Positions 47,415 through 58,348 are shown, numbered from the stretch's first letter. The stretch: DNA of 64,000 nt from Nitrospiraceae bacterium (GCA_037442105.1 JBBIQV010000001.1:1-64000), one strand, 5' to 3'. A program made the numbers and translations. The notes: generated by a model not told the origin, from the letters alone.

Positions 47415-50057
47415 TCAGGTGAGCTTGGCCGCCACCTTGTCGAAGACGTAGGTCTCGATCACGTCGCCGACTTTCAAGTCGTTGAAGTTCTCGATGCTGA
47501 TCCCGCACTCATATCCTTGTTGAACTTCGCGCACATCGTCCTTGAATCGACGGAGCGAAGCCAATTTCCCTTCATAGACCGTCACGTTGTCGCGAATCAC
47601 CCGAGCCCCGGCGCTCGCACGAGTAACCGTGCCGTCCACGACATAGCAGCCGGCGATCAAGCCCGCCTTTGAAACCATAAACAACTGCCGTACCTCGGCT
47701 CGCCCGAGCACCCGTTCCTTGAGGGTCGGTTCGAGCAGGCCCTCCATCGCCGCCTTAATATCGGCGATGGCATCGTAAATGATGGTGTAGAGACGGATAT
47801 CGACGCCTTCATGCTCTGCAAGCGCCGCGGCTTTCGGTTCCGGCCTGACATTGAACCCGATGATGATGGCCCGGGACGCAGAGGCCAGGAGGACATCCGT
47901 CTCGGTGATGCCGCCGACACCGCTATGGATCACGCGAAGCTTGACCGCGCCGGCCGGCAATTTATCGACGGCTGCCGCCAAAGCTTCCGCCGACCCCTGC
48001 ACATCGGCCTTGATCACGATCGGCAATTCCTTGACGTCGCCCGCCTCGATCTTGGCGAACAGATCATCGAGCGACACTTTTGCGGAGCCTGCGAGTTCGA
48101 TACTGCGTTGCTTCTGGGCGCGGGCCTCGGCAATCTCACGGGCGACTCGCTCATCCTTCACCGCCACAAAGAGATCTCCGGCTGACGGCACTCCCGGAAG
48201 GCCGATCACTTCAACAGGAACCGACGGGCCGGCTCGTTCTGTTTTCTTTCCCGTATCGGTAATCAACGCTCGAACGCGCCCGCTGAAGGAGCCGACGACG
48301 AAGGCGTCTCCCGTGCGGAGCGTGCCGCTCTGTACAAGCACGGTAGCCACCGGGCCTCGACCGCGCTCCAACTTCGCCTCCACCACCGTTCCTTTGGCAA
48401 GGCGGCCGGGATCGGCTTTCAACTCCAACACTTCCGCCTGAAGCAGGATCATTTCCAGCAACTGCTCCAAGCCCGTCTTCTGCTTGGCGGAAACCTCGAC
48501 CATAATGGTGTCGCCGCCCCAGGCCTCCGGAATGAGTTGATGCTCGGACAAGGCGTTCCGTACCCGATCCGGATTAGCTCCCGGCTTGTCGATCTTGTTG
48601 ATCGCGACCACAAGCGGCACCCCAGCCGCCTTGGCATGGTGAATCGCCTCGACCGTTTGCGGCATCACGCCGTCGTCCGCCGCCACAACCAAGATCACGA
48701 TGTCGGTCACCTTTGCCCCTCTTGCGCGCATGGCCGTAAATGCTTCGTGGCCGGGCGTATCGAGGAAGGTGACCTGCTTGCCGTGAACCGAGACTGTGTA
48801 AGCGCCGATGTGCTGAGTGATCCCGCCAGCTTCACCTTCCGCGACCTTGGTCTGCCGGATTGCGTCCAGCAGAGAGGTCTTTCCGTGATCGACATGCCCC
48901 ATGATGGTGACCACGGGAGAACGAGGTTCGGGCCGTTCTTCGACTGTTTCCTGCACCGCATCTTCGAGCAGTTCCTCGCCGATCTTGTCCACCGCGAGCT
49001 CGGTCTTCACGCCAAATTCTTCTGCGATGAGCGGAGCCGCCTCCAGATTCATCGGCTGGTTGAACGTCAGCAACTGCCCCATATCCATCAGCTTCTTCAC
49101 AATGTCGGGCGGTCGCTGGCCGATGAGCTCGGCAAATTCCTTGACCGTGATACCGGCTGTGAGCTTGACGCTCTTCTTCCGCGGCTTGGTGATCTCCGCC
49201 AGCGTACTATGGTGGACATGCCTGGTCCGGTCCTCACGACGCTGCACCGGGATCGCTCGCAAGTCTTGCCAGCGGGCCGCATCGTCACGGAACCGCAGCT
49301 CGTCTTCTTCACGCGCGCGTCCCGGTTTCCGACCTTTCTTCAACCTGTCTTTGAGACCTGCGGCCTCGCCCTCGATCGCCTCGGCCGAGAAGCTCTTCTT
49401 CTTACCAACCACTGCAATCGGCTCAGCGGACGAGGGGGGAAGGGTTGGTGTTGCGGCAACCAGCTTGGTTTCCCGGCTCTCGATCGGTGGGGCAAGAGGA
49501 GCGACAGGAGCGGCAGGCTCCGCTATAGAAGTTATCGGAGATATCGGCGCGTGTGCGGTGAGCGCGGGCTCGCTCAAAGAAGACGGTGTCGCATCAGGCG
49601 GGAATCCAATCGGAGCAGGAGCATGGGCAACCGCCGGAGCTCCACTGGTGTCGGACACAACAGGCGCCACAACGGCCACCTCCCCGGTCCCCTCGTCTTT
49701 CTTTCTCTTAATGAGGATCCGGCGCTTATCAGGCTTCGGTGGCTCTTCAATGGCGGTCGGGTGAGCTCGTCCCGACAGGCCTTTGGCAGACTCCCGCTCG
49801 CCCGCGCCGCTGATCTCCCTCGCTCCGGAGGCCGCCCTCTCATGGACATGCGCCTGTCCCTCAGGCTCCGCGGCTTTTCCCGCGATCTTCGTCGCTGCTC
49901 CCCTGGCTTTCGGCATCAGTTTGTCTAACGCCTTCTGGACTGCTTCTTCATCCAGCGCGCTGCTATGGGACGCAACGGCGATCCCCATCCGCTTGAGCTC
50001 CGGGATGAGATCGCGGTTCTCCATACCTAATTTCTTGGCCAGTTCATAGACCCGCAT
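47415..50057 (-). CDS. infB: Translation initiation factor IF-2
   Basis: [35 protein letters not shown]. Confidence 0.98.
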   Translation of the reverse strand: MRVYELAKKLGMENRDLIPELKRMGIAVASHSSALDEEAVQKALDKLMPKARGAATKIAGKAAEPEGQAHVHERAASGAREISGAGERESAKGLSGRAHPTAIEEPPKPDKRRILIKRKKDEGTGEVAVVAPVVSDTSGAPAVAHAPAPIGFPPDATPSSLSEPALTAHAPISPITSIAEPAAPVAPLAPPIESRETKLVAATPTLPPSSAEPIAVVGKKKSFSAEAIEGEAAGLKDRLKKGRKPGRAREEDELRFRDDAARWQDLRAIPVQRREDRTRHVHHSTLAEITKPRKKSVKLTAGITVKEFAELIGQRPPDIVKKLMDMGQLLTFNQPMNLEAAPLIAEEFGVKTELAVDKIGEELLEDAVQETVEERPEPRSPVVTIMGHVDHGKTSLLDAIRQTKVAEGEAGGITQHIGAYTVSVHGKQVTFLDTPGHEAFTAMRARGAKVTDIVILVVAADDGVMPQTVEAIHHAKAAGVPLVVAINKIDKPGANPDRVRNALSEHQLIPEAWGGDTIMVEVSAKQKTGLEQLLEMILLQAEVLELKADPGRLAKGTVVEAKLERGRGPVATVLVQSGTLRTGDAFVVGSFSGRVRALITDTGKKTERAGPSVPVEVIGLPGVPSAGDLFVAVKDERVAREIAEARAQKQRSIELAGSAKVSLDDLFAKIEAGDVKELPIVIKADVQGSAEALAAAVDKLPAGAVKLRVIHSGVGGITETDVLLASASRAIIIGFNVRPEPKAAALAEHEGVDIRLYTIIYDAIADIKAAMEGLLEPTLKERVLGRAEVRQLFMVSKAGLIAGCYVVDGTVTRASAGARVIRDNVTVYEGKLASLRRFKDDVREVQQGYECGISIENFNDLKVGDVIETYVFDKVAAKLT

Positions 50058-50096
50058 GCCCGCTTCTTACACCTCGATCATTCGACAGTCGCATGT

Positions 50097-51266
50097 TCAT
50101 GATGAGACCGAGCCATCTCGCCCCGACAGGGCCGCCTCAGACTCTTGCAGCCGCGCCTCTTCCTGCTGCCGCTGGGCTTCAGCTTCCTCGGCCAGCGCCG
50201 CCTTGATTTCCTTATCCCGCTCGGCCTTTTCTTTCTCGTACTCGGTGGCGCTGATGATATCGATTTTCCAGCCGGTCAAGCGCGCAGCCAACCGTACATT
50301 CTGACCATTCTTGCCGATCGCCAGGGAGAGCTGAGAATCCGCCACGACCACCAGGGCGGATTTCTTGTCTTCATCGACCCCCACCTTCTCGATCGTCGCC
50401 GGGTTAAGCGCCTCCGCGATAAACACACGCGGATCGGATGTCCACGTGATGATATCGATCTTTTCTCCGCGCAGCTCGCGCACGACCGCCTGAACACGGG
50501 ACCCTTTGATCCCAACACAGGCCCCGACCGGATCGACGGCTTTGTCCCGAGAGGAAACTGCGATTTTCGTCCGGTCGCCGGGCTCCCGGACGATGGACTT
50601 GATTTCAACGATCTTCTCGGACACCTCCGGCACCTCAAGCTCGAACAGCTTGGCGACGAACTGCGGATGGCTCCTCGAGAGAATCACTTGCACATCCTTG
50701 GGCGTGCGCCGGACCTCCGACAACAGCGCCTTCACGCGGTCTCCGCGCCTGTACGTCTCGCGCGGAATCTGTTCTTGAATCGGCAGAATCGCTTCGGTTT
50801 TCCCAAGATCGACCAGATAGTTCCGCCGTTCCATCCCGAGGATAATGCCGTTGACGAGATCGCCTTGGCGCGTCGAGTATTCTTTCTGAACCGCTTCCCA
50901 CTCCGCTTCCCGGACCTTCTGGAAAATGACTTGCTTGGCGGTTTGCGCGGCGATCCGGCCGAGTTCATCCATCTCAATGACGGAACCGATCTCATCGCCT
51001 ACCTCGGCTTCGTTATCATAGGCCCGCGCCTCCGCGAGAGAGATTTCCGCTTTGGGATTGGTCACAGTGTCCACGATGACTTTCTTGGACACGACGGAGA
51101 TCTCACCCGTCTTCGGATCGATCTCCACCTGAATATTCTCCGCCTGGCCGAATCGCTTTTTTGCGGCGGTCTGCAGCGCCGCCTCGATAGCGCCGATAAC
51201 CCGAGCCTTATCGATACCCTTTTGGCGTCCGACCTCATCAATGACCGCAATGAGTTCTCGATTCAT
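50097..51266 (-). CDS. nusA: Transcription termination factor NusA
   Basis: GRIAAQTAKQV, LFELEVPE, DPVGACVG, AIGKNGQNVRLA. Confidence 0.98.
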   Translation of the reverse strand: MNRELIAVIDEVGRQKGIDKARVIGAIEAALQTAAKKRFGQAENIQVEIDPKTGEISVVSKKVIVDTVTNPKAEISLAEARAYDNEAEVGDEIGSVIEMDELGRIAAQTAKQVIFQKVREAEWEAVQKEYSTRQGDLVNGIILGMERRNYLVDLGKTEAILPIQEQIPRETYRRGDRVKALLSEVRRTPKDVQVILSRSHPQFVAKLFELEVPEVSEKIVEIKSIVREPGDRTKIAVSSRDKAVDPVGACVGIKGSRVQAVVRELRGEKIDIITWTSDPRVFIAEALNPATIEKVGVDEDKKSALVVVADSQLSLAIGKNGQNVRLAARLTGWKIDIISATEYEKEKAERDKEIKAALAEEAEAQRQQEEARLQESEAALSGRDGSVSS

Positions 51267-51322
51267 ATGTCACATCCTCGTCCGGACATATTCCCCATCT
51301 TCTCGTCCACTTGGTCAGGCCC

Positions 51323-51799
51323 CTAAAACGTCACTTCCAGTTTTCCTTCGACAATCTCGCCGAATGTCAGCCGGACCGTTGCGGCCGCACCCGGTCCACT
51401 TGTTGCGATCGTGACCGCCTGCTCATCCACATCGATGAGCTCCCCGACCAGCCGCCACTGACCTGCGTACGGCTGCCTGAGTTTCAGAGTGAGACGTTTC
51501 CCGAGAGACCGGCGATAATCCTGCGGCCGTCGTAAGGGCCGGTCCAGTCCAGGAGAAGAAACCTCAAGAGTATATGCGTGGGGCAGCGGATCCGCGACAT
51601 CCAAAGCCGGGCTCAAGGACTCGTGGGCCTGCTGGCAATCGTTGAGCGTGACCCCCCCCGGCTTGTCAATGAACACGCGCACCACCGTTCGAGAACCTTG
51701 CCCAACACAGACCACTTCCACTAATTCGAGCCCGAGTGCCCAAAAGATCGGTGCCGCAACTTCCCGGACTCGCTCGGCAACACGCTGTGACTCTGCCAC
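51323..51799 (-). CDS. rimP: Ribosome maturation factor RimP
   Basis: RVFIDK.GGV...DC, YTLEVSSPGLDRPL; GTG start after GAGG. Confidence 0.95.
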   Translation of the reverse strand: MAESQRVAERVREVAAPIFWALGLELVEVVCVGQGSRTVVRVFIDKPGGVTLNDCQQAHESLSPALDVADPLPHAYTLEVSSPGLDRPLRRPQDYRRSLGKRLTLKLRQPYAGQWRLVGELIDVDEQAVTIATSGPGAAATVRLTFGEIVEGKLEVTF

Positions 51800-51851
51800 C
51801 GACGTCCTCAGCGCACTCCAGTCGTGAGCTGGTCGTCTCACCAGCTCAAAC

Positions 51852-51875
51852 AAAAAAGTGGGCCTAGGCCCACTT
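51852..51875 (-). promoter_or_regulatory. rimP leader hairpin / attenuator-like terminator
   Basis: Minus strand AAGTGGGC-CTAG-GCCCACTT followed by T tract, upstream of rimP. Confidence 0.75.
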
Positions 51876-51922
51876 ACAATTGGTGCACAATACCACTTCA
51901 CCCCTGTCAAAGCAAGGGGCCG

Positions 51923-52762
51923 CTACACCGTCAAGGCGCGAAAGCGGGCGGCCAGCATCTGCGTCACAGGCCCGGGCTGACCGGAGCCGATCATCTTCCC
52001 ATCAATCCGCACGATCCCCAGGACTTCGAGAGTGGTGCCGGTCAGAAACACCTCCTGCGCCGACTCGATGTCCGTTCGCGTACTATACCGTTCCTCAACT
52101 GAAAGGCCTGACTGCCGAGCCAGAGTCAGGACGAGAGACCGTGTCACGCCCGAGAGAATGCGCGGCCCCTCTGGGGCGGTGATGACGACTCCGTCTCGGA
52201 CAAGCATGAGATTGCTGACCGCTCCCTCGGTGACCACTCCATCCCGAACGAAAATGGCTTCGAACACGCCGGCCTCAGCAGCCTGTTGGCGGGCAAGAAC
52301 GTTGGGCAGCAGATTCACGCTCTTGATATCACAGCGGCCCCAGCGCTGGTCTTCGACTGTGATCGCGCACACCCCTCTGGCGCGAATTTCTTCCGCCAGA
52401 GGACGTAGCTCGCGCACGGTCATCACGAGGGTGGGAACCAGAGCGGCAGGAAACTGATGATCGCGAGGCGCTGCCCCTCGCGTGATTTGCACATAGACTT
52501 TGCACTCGGAATACCCCGCCCTTCGAATCCCCTCCCTCACGTCGTCTGCCAATTGGGCGCGCGTGAAAGGCATGGGCAAATGAAGCCCCTGGGCACTGCG
52601 CTCGAGCCGAGCCAAGTGCGCATCCAACTCGAAGGGGCGGGCCGCATAGGTGCGGATGACCTCATAGACCCCGTCGCCGAACTGGAAACCGCGGTCTTCC
52701 ACGGATACGACCGCATCGGATAAGGCACAGAACCGTCCGTTGACAAAACCGATGTCAGGCAC
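51923..52762 (-). CDS. dat: D-amino acid aminotransferase (class IV PLP)
   Basis: EDRGFQFGDGVYE, H..RL, ITRG, RCDIKS.NLL, EG..SN, ILSGVTR. Confidence 0.88.
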   Translation of the reverse strand: MPDIGFVNGRFCALSDAVVSVEDRGFQFGDGVYEVIRTYAARPFELDAHLARLERSAQGLHLPMPFTRAQLADDVREGIRRAGYSECKVYVQITRGAAPRDHQFPAALVPTLVMTVRELRPLAEEIRARGVCAITVEDQRWGRCDIKSVNLLPNVLARQQAAEAGVFEAIFVRDGVVTEGAVSNLMLVRDGVVITAPEGPRILSGVTRSLVLTLARQSGLSVEERYSTRTDIESAQEVFLTGTTLEVLGIVRIDGKMIGSGQPGPVTQMLAARFRALTV

Positions 52763-53120
52763 CCATGGCCCCTTCGCGTTCCGGATCGGCCGTCACTACT
52801 ACCTCGAACACGCGGCGATCCTCCGCTGTAAATTTCCATCCCATCCGTTTCTCGAACACAAGTTGGTGCGTGCCCGCCACGAGAGGTTTGAATTCGAAGG
52901 TGCGGCATCCGGCGTGGACTGCGTTGTTGTTGGCGATGCACAAAAAATCATCACTTACGAGGACCAGTGTCGCCGGATCGTACGACGGCACCCACGACTC
53001 CCCTCGCGTACGATCTTCCCAGAGATGGATCTGGACCATTCCTGCCAATTGAGCCGTAAGTGTCTTCACGCTGGCGTCGCGACTTGGACCATCGACATCA
53101 TGACCGGGCACTCGATTCAT
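52755..53120 (-). CDS. Chagasin/I42 inhibitor-like small protein (degenerate)
   Basis: L.EDRTRGESW and G.RTFEFK...GT..L.F...GW spacing typical of the I42 fold. Confidence 0.5.
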   Translation of the reverse strand: MNRVPGHDVDGPSRDASVKTLTAQLAGMVQIHLWEDRTRGESWVPSYDPATLVLVSDDFLCIANNNAVHAGCRTFEFKPLVAGTHQLVFEKRMGWKFTAEDRRVFEVVVTADPEREGAMGA

Positions 53121-53190
53121 CGGCGTCTCCTACCCCTCTGTAAGACGAGTAATCACGCTCGTCGCTGCTGAGCAAGCAGTGGCGATAACC

Positions 53191-53514
53191 TCAGACCTTG
53201 CGCCGCGCCCCCACGAGAATCTCATCGCCGTCGACACGGATTTCGTAGCTCCCCACACAATATCCGCCTCCGTCCGTTCCCTGCCCATTTCGCACGTCGA
53301 ACGCCAGATCGTGCCACGGGCAGGACACGACATAGCCCTTCAGCCGCCCCTCACACAGCGGCCCTCCTTCGTGCGGACACGAGTTATAGATCGCGTAAAA
53401 CTTGTCGCCGACGTGGAACAGGGCAATGTCCTTGCCATCGACGGTCACGAGTTTCGCAACGCCGTGGGGAACGTCGCCGACACGGGCAACACGCTGGAAC
53501 CCTTCACTTGCCAT
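53191..53514 (-). CDS. Rieske [2Fe-2S] ferredoxin
   Basis: CPH.GGPL ... CPWH. Confidence 0.93.
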   Translation of the reverse strand: MASEGFQRVARVGDVPHGVAKLVTVDGKDIALFHVGDKFYAIYNSCPHEGGPLCEGRLKGYVVSCPWHDLAFDVRNGQGTDGGGYCVGSYEIRVDGDEILVGARRKV

Positions 53515-53562
53515 CCAACCCCCAGTGGTTTCAGAAAACCCGCTGCCGCTGTAGCGCCGTCG

Positions 53563-54048
53563 CTACATTCGCAATGTAAACTTCAGTTCACCCCCCGACT
53601 GCAGCCCTTCTTGTTTGACGAATCCTGCCGCAGCTTGAATCATATAGCGTATAGGCTCCGGAGGCGGTCCGTAGAGTGGACAGGGTTCGCGTGGGCAGGG
53701 AGGGACGTTTTCGCTCACGTGCACGATATGTCGGCCTTCATCGACCCAGATCATGTCCACTGGGAACTTGTACCCCGTCGTTCGTACCCGGTGTAGTCCG
53801 GTGGATTCAAAGATATAGAGCATCCCTGCGTCAGGGAGCAATTCATCGCGAAACGCAAGGCCGAAGAGCAGCCGCTCCGGCGTGTCGGCCACCTCCGTCT
53901 CAAGTTGTTTCCCGTTTGGAAATGTCACGATAATGATGTCCGCATCTTTCTTGTTCATCAGGAACAGGCTGGCGGACATTAGCAAGATCGCCAACAGAAC
54001 AAGGGTGATTACTCGGTTTCGTTTGTTACTGACCTCTGTCGGCATCAT
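53563..54048 (-). CDS. DUF192-family membrane-anchored protein
   Basis: EVADTPE...GL.FR..L....GML.IF; P.DMIW; PC...C..Y. Confidence 0.88.
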   Translation of the reverse strand: MMPTEVSNKRNRVITLVLLAILLMSASLFLMNKKDADIIIVTFPNGKQLETEVADTPERLLFGLAFRDELLPDAGMLYIFESTGLHRVRTTGYKFPVDMIWVDEGRHIVHVSENVPPCPREPCPLYGPPPEPIRYMIQAAAGFVKQEGLQSGGELKFTLRM

Positions 54049-54161
54049 GTGTTTGCAGAGAAGCCGCGCTCGCCCGCTCGGTCATTTACTTTTTAGCGCA
54101 GCCTGGGTCCATAGGCCTATGGGCACACACAGCCTGGGCCTTCTGAGCGCTTCTCCTTCTG

Positions 54162-54191
54162 TTGACTTGAAAAAGAAGCACGGTCTAAAAT
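54162..54191 (+). promoter_or_regulatory. Possible sigma70 promoter of the ferredoxin gene
   Basis: TTGACT-18bp-TAAAAT. Confidence 0.5.
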
Positions 54192-54287
54192 GCTCGTGCT
54201 TTTCGCCACAGCACTATGGCTGCGGCGGGTTGGGCTTGTCAACACTGTAACCGGCCATCATACAGTCTTGAGAAGGAGGCAAGGGAC

Positions 54288-54635
54288 ATGGCGCTTCTGA
54301 TCACCGATGAATGCATTTCCTGCGGGGCTTGCCTGCCGGAATGCCCTAACGAGGCTATCTTCGAAACACGTAGTGACGCGGAAGGCAAGGGATACCACGT
54401 GGGAGAGGGCCAGGGTGTTGGCGACAATATCTATGTCATCACGCATGATCGCTGCACGGAGTGTGTGGGACACTTCGATGAACCCCAATGCGCGGCGGTC
54501 TGCCCTGTGGACAACTGCTGCATCTCAGACCCGGTCTATCCGGAGTCGACGGAAGTCCTGTTGGAGAAGGCGAAAAAGCTGAATCCGGACAAGCAGATCG
54601 ATTCCAACAAGGTGTGGAGCGGCGTCAGGAACTGA
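54288..54635 (+). CDS. 2[4Fe-4S] ferredoxin (YfhL-like)
   Basis: CISCGACLPECP and CTECVG....QC..VCP; AGGAGG RBS. Confidence 0.94.
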   Translation: MALLITDECISCGACLPECPNEAIFETRSDAEGKGYHVGEGQGVGDNIYVITHDRCTECVGHFDEPQCAAVCPVDNCCISDPVYPESTEVLLEKAKKLNPDKQIDSNKVWSGVRN

Positions 54636-54661
54636 GCGCGTTTCTCCAAGGCTGACGTTTT

Positions 54662-54702
54662 CAAGAAAGCCCTACCATCCGAGTGATGGTAGGGCTTTCT
54701 TG
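54662..54702 (+). terminator. Intrinsic terminator / long hairpin after the ferredoxin
   Basis: CAAGAAAGCCCTACCATC-CGAGT-GATGGTAGGGCTTTCTTG, 18-bp perfect stem. Confidence 0.85.
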
Positions 54703-54878
54703 TTTCGCATCCGAACAGTCTCGCTGAAAAAACCGGATCTTTCCTGGATTTACCATGCTCGACACAGTAGAATTTTTTTGTGTCTCCAAACTCCGGACCC
54801 TCAAGAATTGAACGAGCGAGGCCGATTCGTCAGTAAGTGTATTGGGCGGGACAACTCCCCTTCTTCGGAGGTGGAACG

Positions 54879-55208
54879 ATGCGACACCGAGGCATCAGCT
54901 TTCTTACGCTCTGTTTCTACTTGTGGCTTTCAACACCGGTCGGAGCAGATACCGGCGATCTCAGCACCATCATCGAACGTTTTGTGGCGCGACAGTTCCC
55001 TCACGCCGCGAGCCACTTCTGGATCGTCAACAATACTCAGTGGGACGGAGACGAGATGGTTGTGGACGTGAATACGATCGTCGTCGAGCGCCGACGAACG
55101 GAGCCGGTTGAAAACCGGTTTCTTTTGCTGATCGTGGCAGGAAAGCTCGCAGCGGCGCAGAACATCCCTTTGGATGCATCGCCTGAGTGTCGACCGGAAC
55201 AGACCTGA
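54879..55208 (+). CDS. Small exported hypothetical protein
   Basis: GGAGGT RBS and signal-like N-terminus. Confidence 0.7.
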   Translation: MRHRGISFLTLCFYLWLSTPVGADTGDLSTIIERFVARQFPHAASHFWIVNNTQWDGDEMVVDVNTIVVERRRTEPVENRFLLLIVAGKLAAAQNIPLDASPECRPEQT

Positions 55209-55244
55209 CCTTCCGACGAGTTCCTCGCAGGCCCGGCACATATA

Positions 55245-55288
55245 AAAAACAACGCCCCGTCTGAGTCATCGCATCAGACGGGGCGTTG
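55245..55288 (-). terminator. Intrinsic terminator after the cupredoxin gene
   Basis: CAACGCCCCGTCTGA-loop-TCAGACGGGGCGTTG with an adjacent A tract. Confidence 0.82.
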
Positions 55289-55326
55289 CTATATAAAAGC
55301 CCTACCTAGGATACCGACAGAACCGG

Positions 55327-55806
55327 TTACTTGATCATCAACAACTTTCCACCCACGTGGGCTGGATGGAGATGGCACCGATACAACAGCGTGTTGCCGG
55401 TCGTGGCATAGAACAGGTCGCTGGTCGGGATTCCGATGTACTTGGTCTCCCCCGGCTTCAAGACAACCTGCGCCCGCAACACCGTTGGAGCGGCAGCGGT
55501 GACATCCGCCGTCATTTGAAATCCATGCTCGGCCGAGGAATTATTTGTCACCTTGAGCAGAAACGGACGGCCCGGCCTGACCTTAAAATCGATGACCGTG
55601 GTGGGTGGATACCAGGTTTTCATGTTCCCGATCTCGATGGCATAGAGCTCAGCATCAACTTCTAACTCCTTAAACGGCTGACCGACCACGGAGCCGGTCT
55701 CCAGATCACCGACCTCGACACCGCCCGCCTGGAGAGCAAACGCCCCAGAGGCACCAGCCACAACCATAACTAGGCCGAAGAAGACCCCCAACATCATCTT
55801 GCCCAT
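55327..55806 (-). CDS. Exported cupredoxin, nitrosocyanin-like
   Basis: Signal peptide; VTNNSSAEHGF, LKPGETK, YRCHLHPAHVGG. Confidence 0.8.
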   Translation of the reverse strand: MGKMMLGVFFGLVMVVAGASGAFALQAGGVEVGDLETGSVVGQPFKELEVDAELYAIEIGNMKTWYPPTTVIDFKVRPGRPFLLKVTNNSSAEHGFQMTADVTAAAPTVLRAQVVLKPGETKYIGIPTSDLFYATTGNTLLYRCHLHPAHVGGKLLMIK

Positions 55807-56076
55807 GACCTTACCTCCTTAAAAAAAGAAGATGTGATTAGGTTGGTGAATGACAAACGCCAAGCTCAAGTGGCCTTGACCTTCCGATGACGCTCCCTAC
55901 AGTTCCTTCTATTCAAAGGAAACAACCTACCCTCATTCAACGAGGCATACCTTATAGCATAGGGGTCAAAATGGAAGCAAGACTGTTCTTTAGCCCACCT
56001 CACGGCAGGAATTAGGCGCTTGAGGCAACTCAAGCTCTTCCCCAGCGCCGAACGTTTTCATTGGCGTTTCATACTG

Positions 56077-57648
56077 TTAAGGGCGCTGTGGATCAAGTGG
56101 TCCACCCTCAGGCACTCCCCTCCCCATCAGAAGGTCGAATGGAGCATAATCGTCCGTGAGCATGATCCCCGGTGGCCAGGGTGACTCGCGGTGGGTACCG
56201 ATCAGCAATGCCTGGGCCTCGGACGGAATCCGATTCTCCGACGCAAGAGCACTGACCCGAGAGGCCAACTCCTCAAGCGTGATGCGTTCGATAGGCGCGC
56301 CCGCGAAGAAGATCAAGTTGGCGGCTCCTGGTTGTGTGGACCGCCAAGGTCCCTGCACGCTGAACGATTGCATGACCGGAAAGACCGTGCGCAACGTCTG
56401 CACCACCGCATAGGCACGTTGTCTGTCGGCTCCTTCAACCGATGAGGAGAGGTTGACGGCCAAGACTCCGTCCGGATTGAGGTGAGCGCGCAGCTCCGAA
56501 AAAAACTCCGTCGTCGTGAGGTGGAACGGGATCAAGTGCCTAGCGAAAACATCGACCCAGATTACGTCATAGGTCGCGGGAGTCGCCCGCAGGAATACAC
56601 GAGCATCTTTTACATGCACATGGTGCCTCGGTGCGGGACGATACCCGAAATATTGTTCGGCCGTACGGACAACTGATGGATCGACCTCCACCGTATCCAA
56701 TTCGAGCTCGGGCCATCGATCAGCCAGCCATTTGGCTAAGGACCCGCCGCCATGTCCCAAAATCAGCGCCCGTTTAGGTTCCGGCGTCACAGCCAGCGCC
56801 GCCATCATGAGCTGGCTATACGGCAGAAACAGCGAGACCGGATCAGCCCTCCACATCACGGCATGAAACGTACGGTCCAAGATGAGATAGCGGAAGAGAT
56901 CATCATCGCGCACACGCACTTGTTGGTAGGGGCTATCCTCCTGATAGACCGGGTCAGGTAGCATCAGCACCGGGTGGACGGCCAACCAGCCGAGCAACGC
57001 GAGCCCTCCAAGAATCGGAATCACCGCCGGGAGTCGCCATGCCGTCGTGCGCCACCACAAGAGGCCAAGCACAACCTGAATCCCGCCCAACCAGGCGACC
57101 AGCGCCAGCGTGCCCAGCCAGGACAGAAGAAAGAACGCCGTCCCCCAGGTCCCGACGAGGCTCCCTACGGTGGAGACCGCAATCATACGGCCGGTATGCC
57201 GGCCAAGAAATCCCAGATCCTCGATCGCCAGACGCAGCAGCGCCGGCAAGACACCGCTCAGTCCGAAGGCGGGTGGAGCGAGCAAGATGCTGGCGGCCAG
57301 ACATGGGCCCCAGCGCGGATCCTCGATCCAGGCGGAGACTTTGAACATGACAGGCTGACCGATCCCCGCAAGCAGGAAGGTCCATGCGCCGGAAAACAGC
57401 AGGAGGCCGGCGAGCACGATGCCCCCGGACCGCCGGTCCGAAAGCCACCCGCCAAATGCATAGCCGCTGCTCATTGCGCCCAAGATCACGCCGATGAGCG
57501 CGCCCCACACGAAGAGGGAGTTCCCGAACACCGGCGCCAACAGGCGGCTCCCCAGGATCTCCAGGGCCATCACGATTGCGCCGGTGATGAACGCAGTGAC
57601 AAACAGGAAGAGGCGGAACCACTGGGTTTGACCTGGTTCCGATGTCAT
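56077..57648 (-). CDS. Membrane (MFS-like)/spermidine synthase-like SAM-dependent fusion
   Basis: N-terminal TM helices; SPYQ.V.V, LILGHGGG, VEVDP.V, DAR, YDVIWVD, LTDDYAP. Confidence 0.88.
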   Translation of the reverse strand: MTSEPGQTQWFRLFLFVTAFITGAIVMALEILGSRLLAPVFGNSLFVWGALIGVILGAMSSGYAFGGWLSDRRSGGIVLAGLLLFSGAWTFLLAGIGQPVMFKVSAWIEDPRWGPCLAASILLAPPAFGLSGVLPALLRLAIEDLGFLGRHTGRMIAVSTVGSLVGTWGTAFFLLSWLGTLALVAWLGGIQVVLGLLWWRTTAWRLPAVIPILGGLALLGWLAVHPVLMLPDPVYQEDSPYQQVRVRDDDLFRYLILDRTFHAVMWRADPVSLFLPYSQLMMAALAVTPEPKRALILGHGGGSLAKWLADRWPELELDTVEVDPSVVRTAEQYFGYRPAPRHHVHVKDARVFLRATPATYDVIWVDVFARHLIPFHLTTTEFFSELRAHLNPDGVLAVNLSSSVEGADRQRAYAVVQTLRTVFPVMQSFSVQGPWRSTQPGAANLIFFAGAPIERITLEELASRVSALASENRIPSEAQALLIGTHRESPWPPGIMLTDDYAPFDLLMGRGVPEGGPLDPQRP

Positions 57649-57712
57649 TTGGATAGGAAACCGGGCACGGAGGCGAAAGGAAGAAGACCGCAAGTCGAAG
57701 CGCCCATAGAGG

Positions 57713-58123
57713 TCACAGCGATCCCCAATTCTTAAAGTACCGGAGCAGGTCACGCACCGACAACATACCGACAATCCGACCTTCTTCCGTAACCGCAAGG
57801 TGGCGGATCCCGCTCTCCGCCATCAGGTCACTGGCGTCGTGCGCTGATCGCTCGATATCGATCGTGATGACAGGAGCGCTCATCACCGACCGCACACGGG
57901 CCTGATCCACCACCACTCCCTCGGCCATGGCTTTGCGAACCAGATCGGTTTCACTTACCACGCCGACGAACCGTCCCTGTTCTGCGACAAGCAGCGCGCC
58001 CGCCTTGGCCTCGCGCATCTGCCGCGCCGCCTCCAGCAACGTGGCTTCCGGACTCACCATGTGCTGTATGCGGCGCATCATGACTGCTAGAGGACGCTGC
58101 ATGACTCCAACCTGTGGCCGCAT
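57713..58123 (-). CDS. CBS-domain pair protein
   Basis: Two CBS motifs (GVVSETDL; GMLSVRDL). Confidence 0.9.
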   Translation of the reverse strand: MRPQVGVMQRPLAVMMRRIQHMVSPEATLLEAARQMREAKAGALLVAEQGRFVGVVSETDLVRKAMAEGVVVDQARVRSVMSAPVITIDIERSAHDASDLMAESGIRHLAVTEEGRIVGMLSVRDLLRYFKNWGSL

Positions 58124-58348
58124 CGGCGGTGATCACCCTGGAACGGAATAGGGGGAAAAATTCTACTGACAGAGGCGCCAAGGTGTCAATCGCCTTACCG
58201 CCGTCTCCGTTTGCCCTCGGTTTTCTGCAAAAAAACGCGAATTCGTTGCTTGGCCGAACAGGCAGTTGTTATACTGCCCCTACGATTTTCTTCTTTCGAC
58301 TGCGCCGCACAAGAACAGTCACCAGGTTTTGAAGGAGGGCAGCTTTCC

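Noticed and set aside
58167..58188. TGACA-N12-TGTCA inverted repeat over the putative CBS-gene promoter
   Set aside because: One arm is the -35 box itself, and 5-bp arms are too short to support an operator call.
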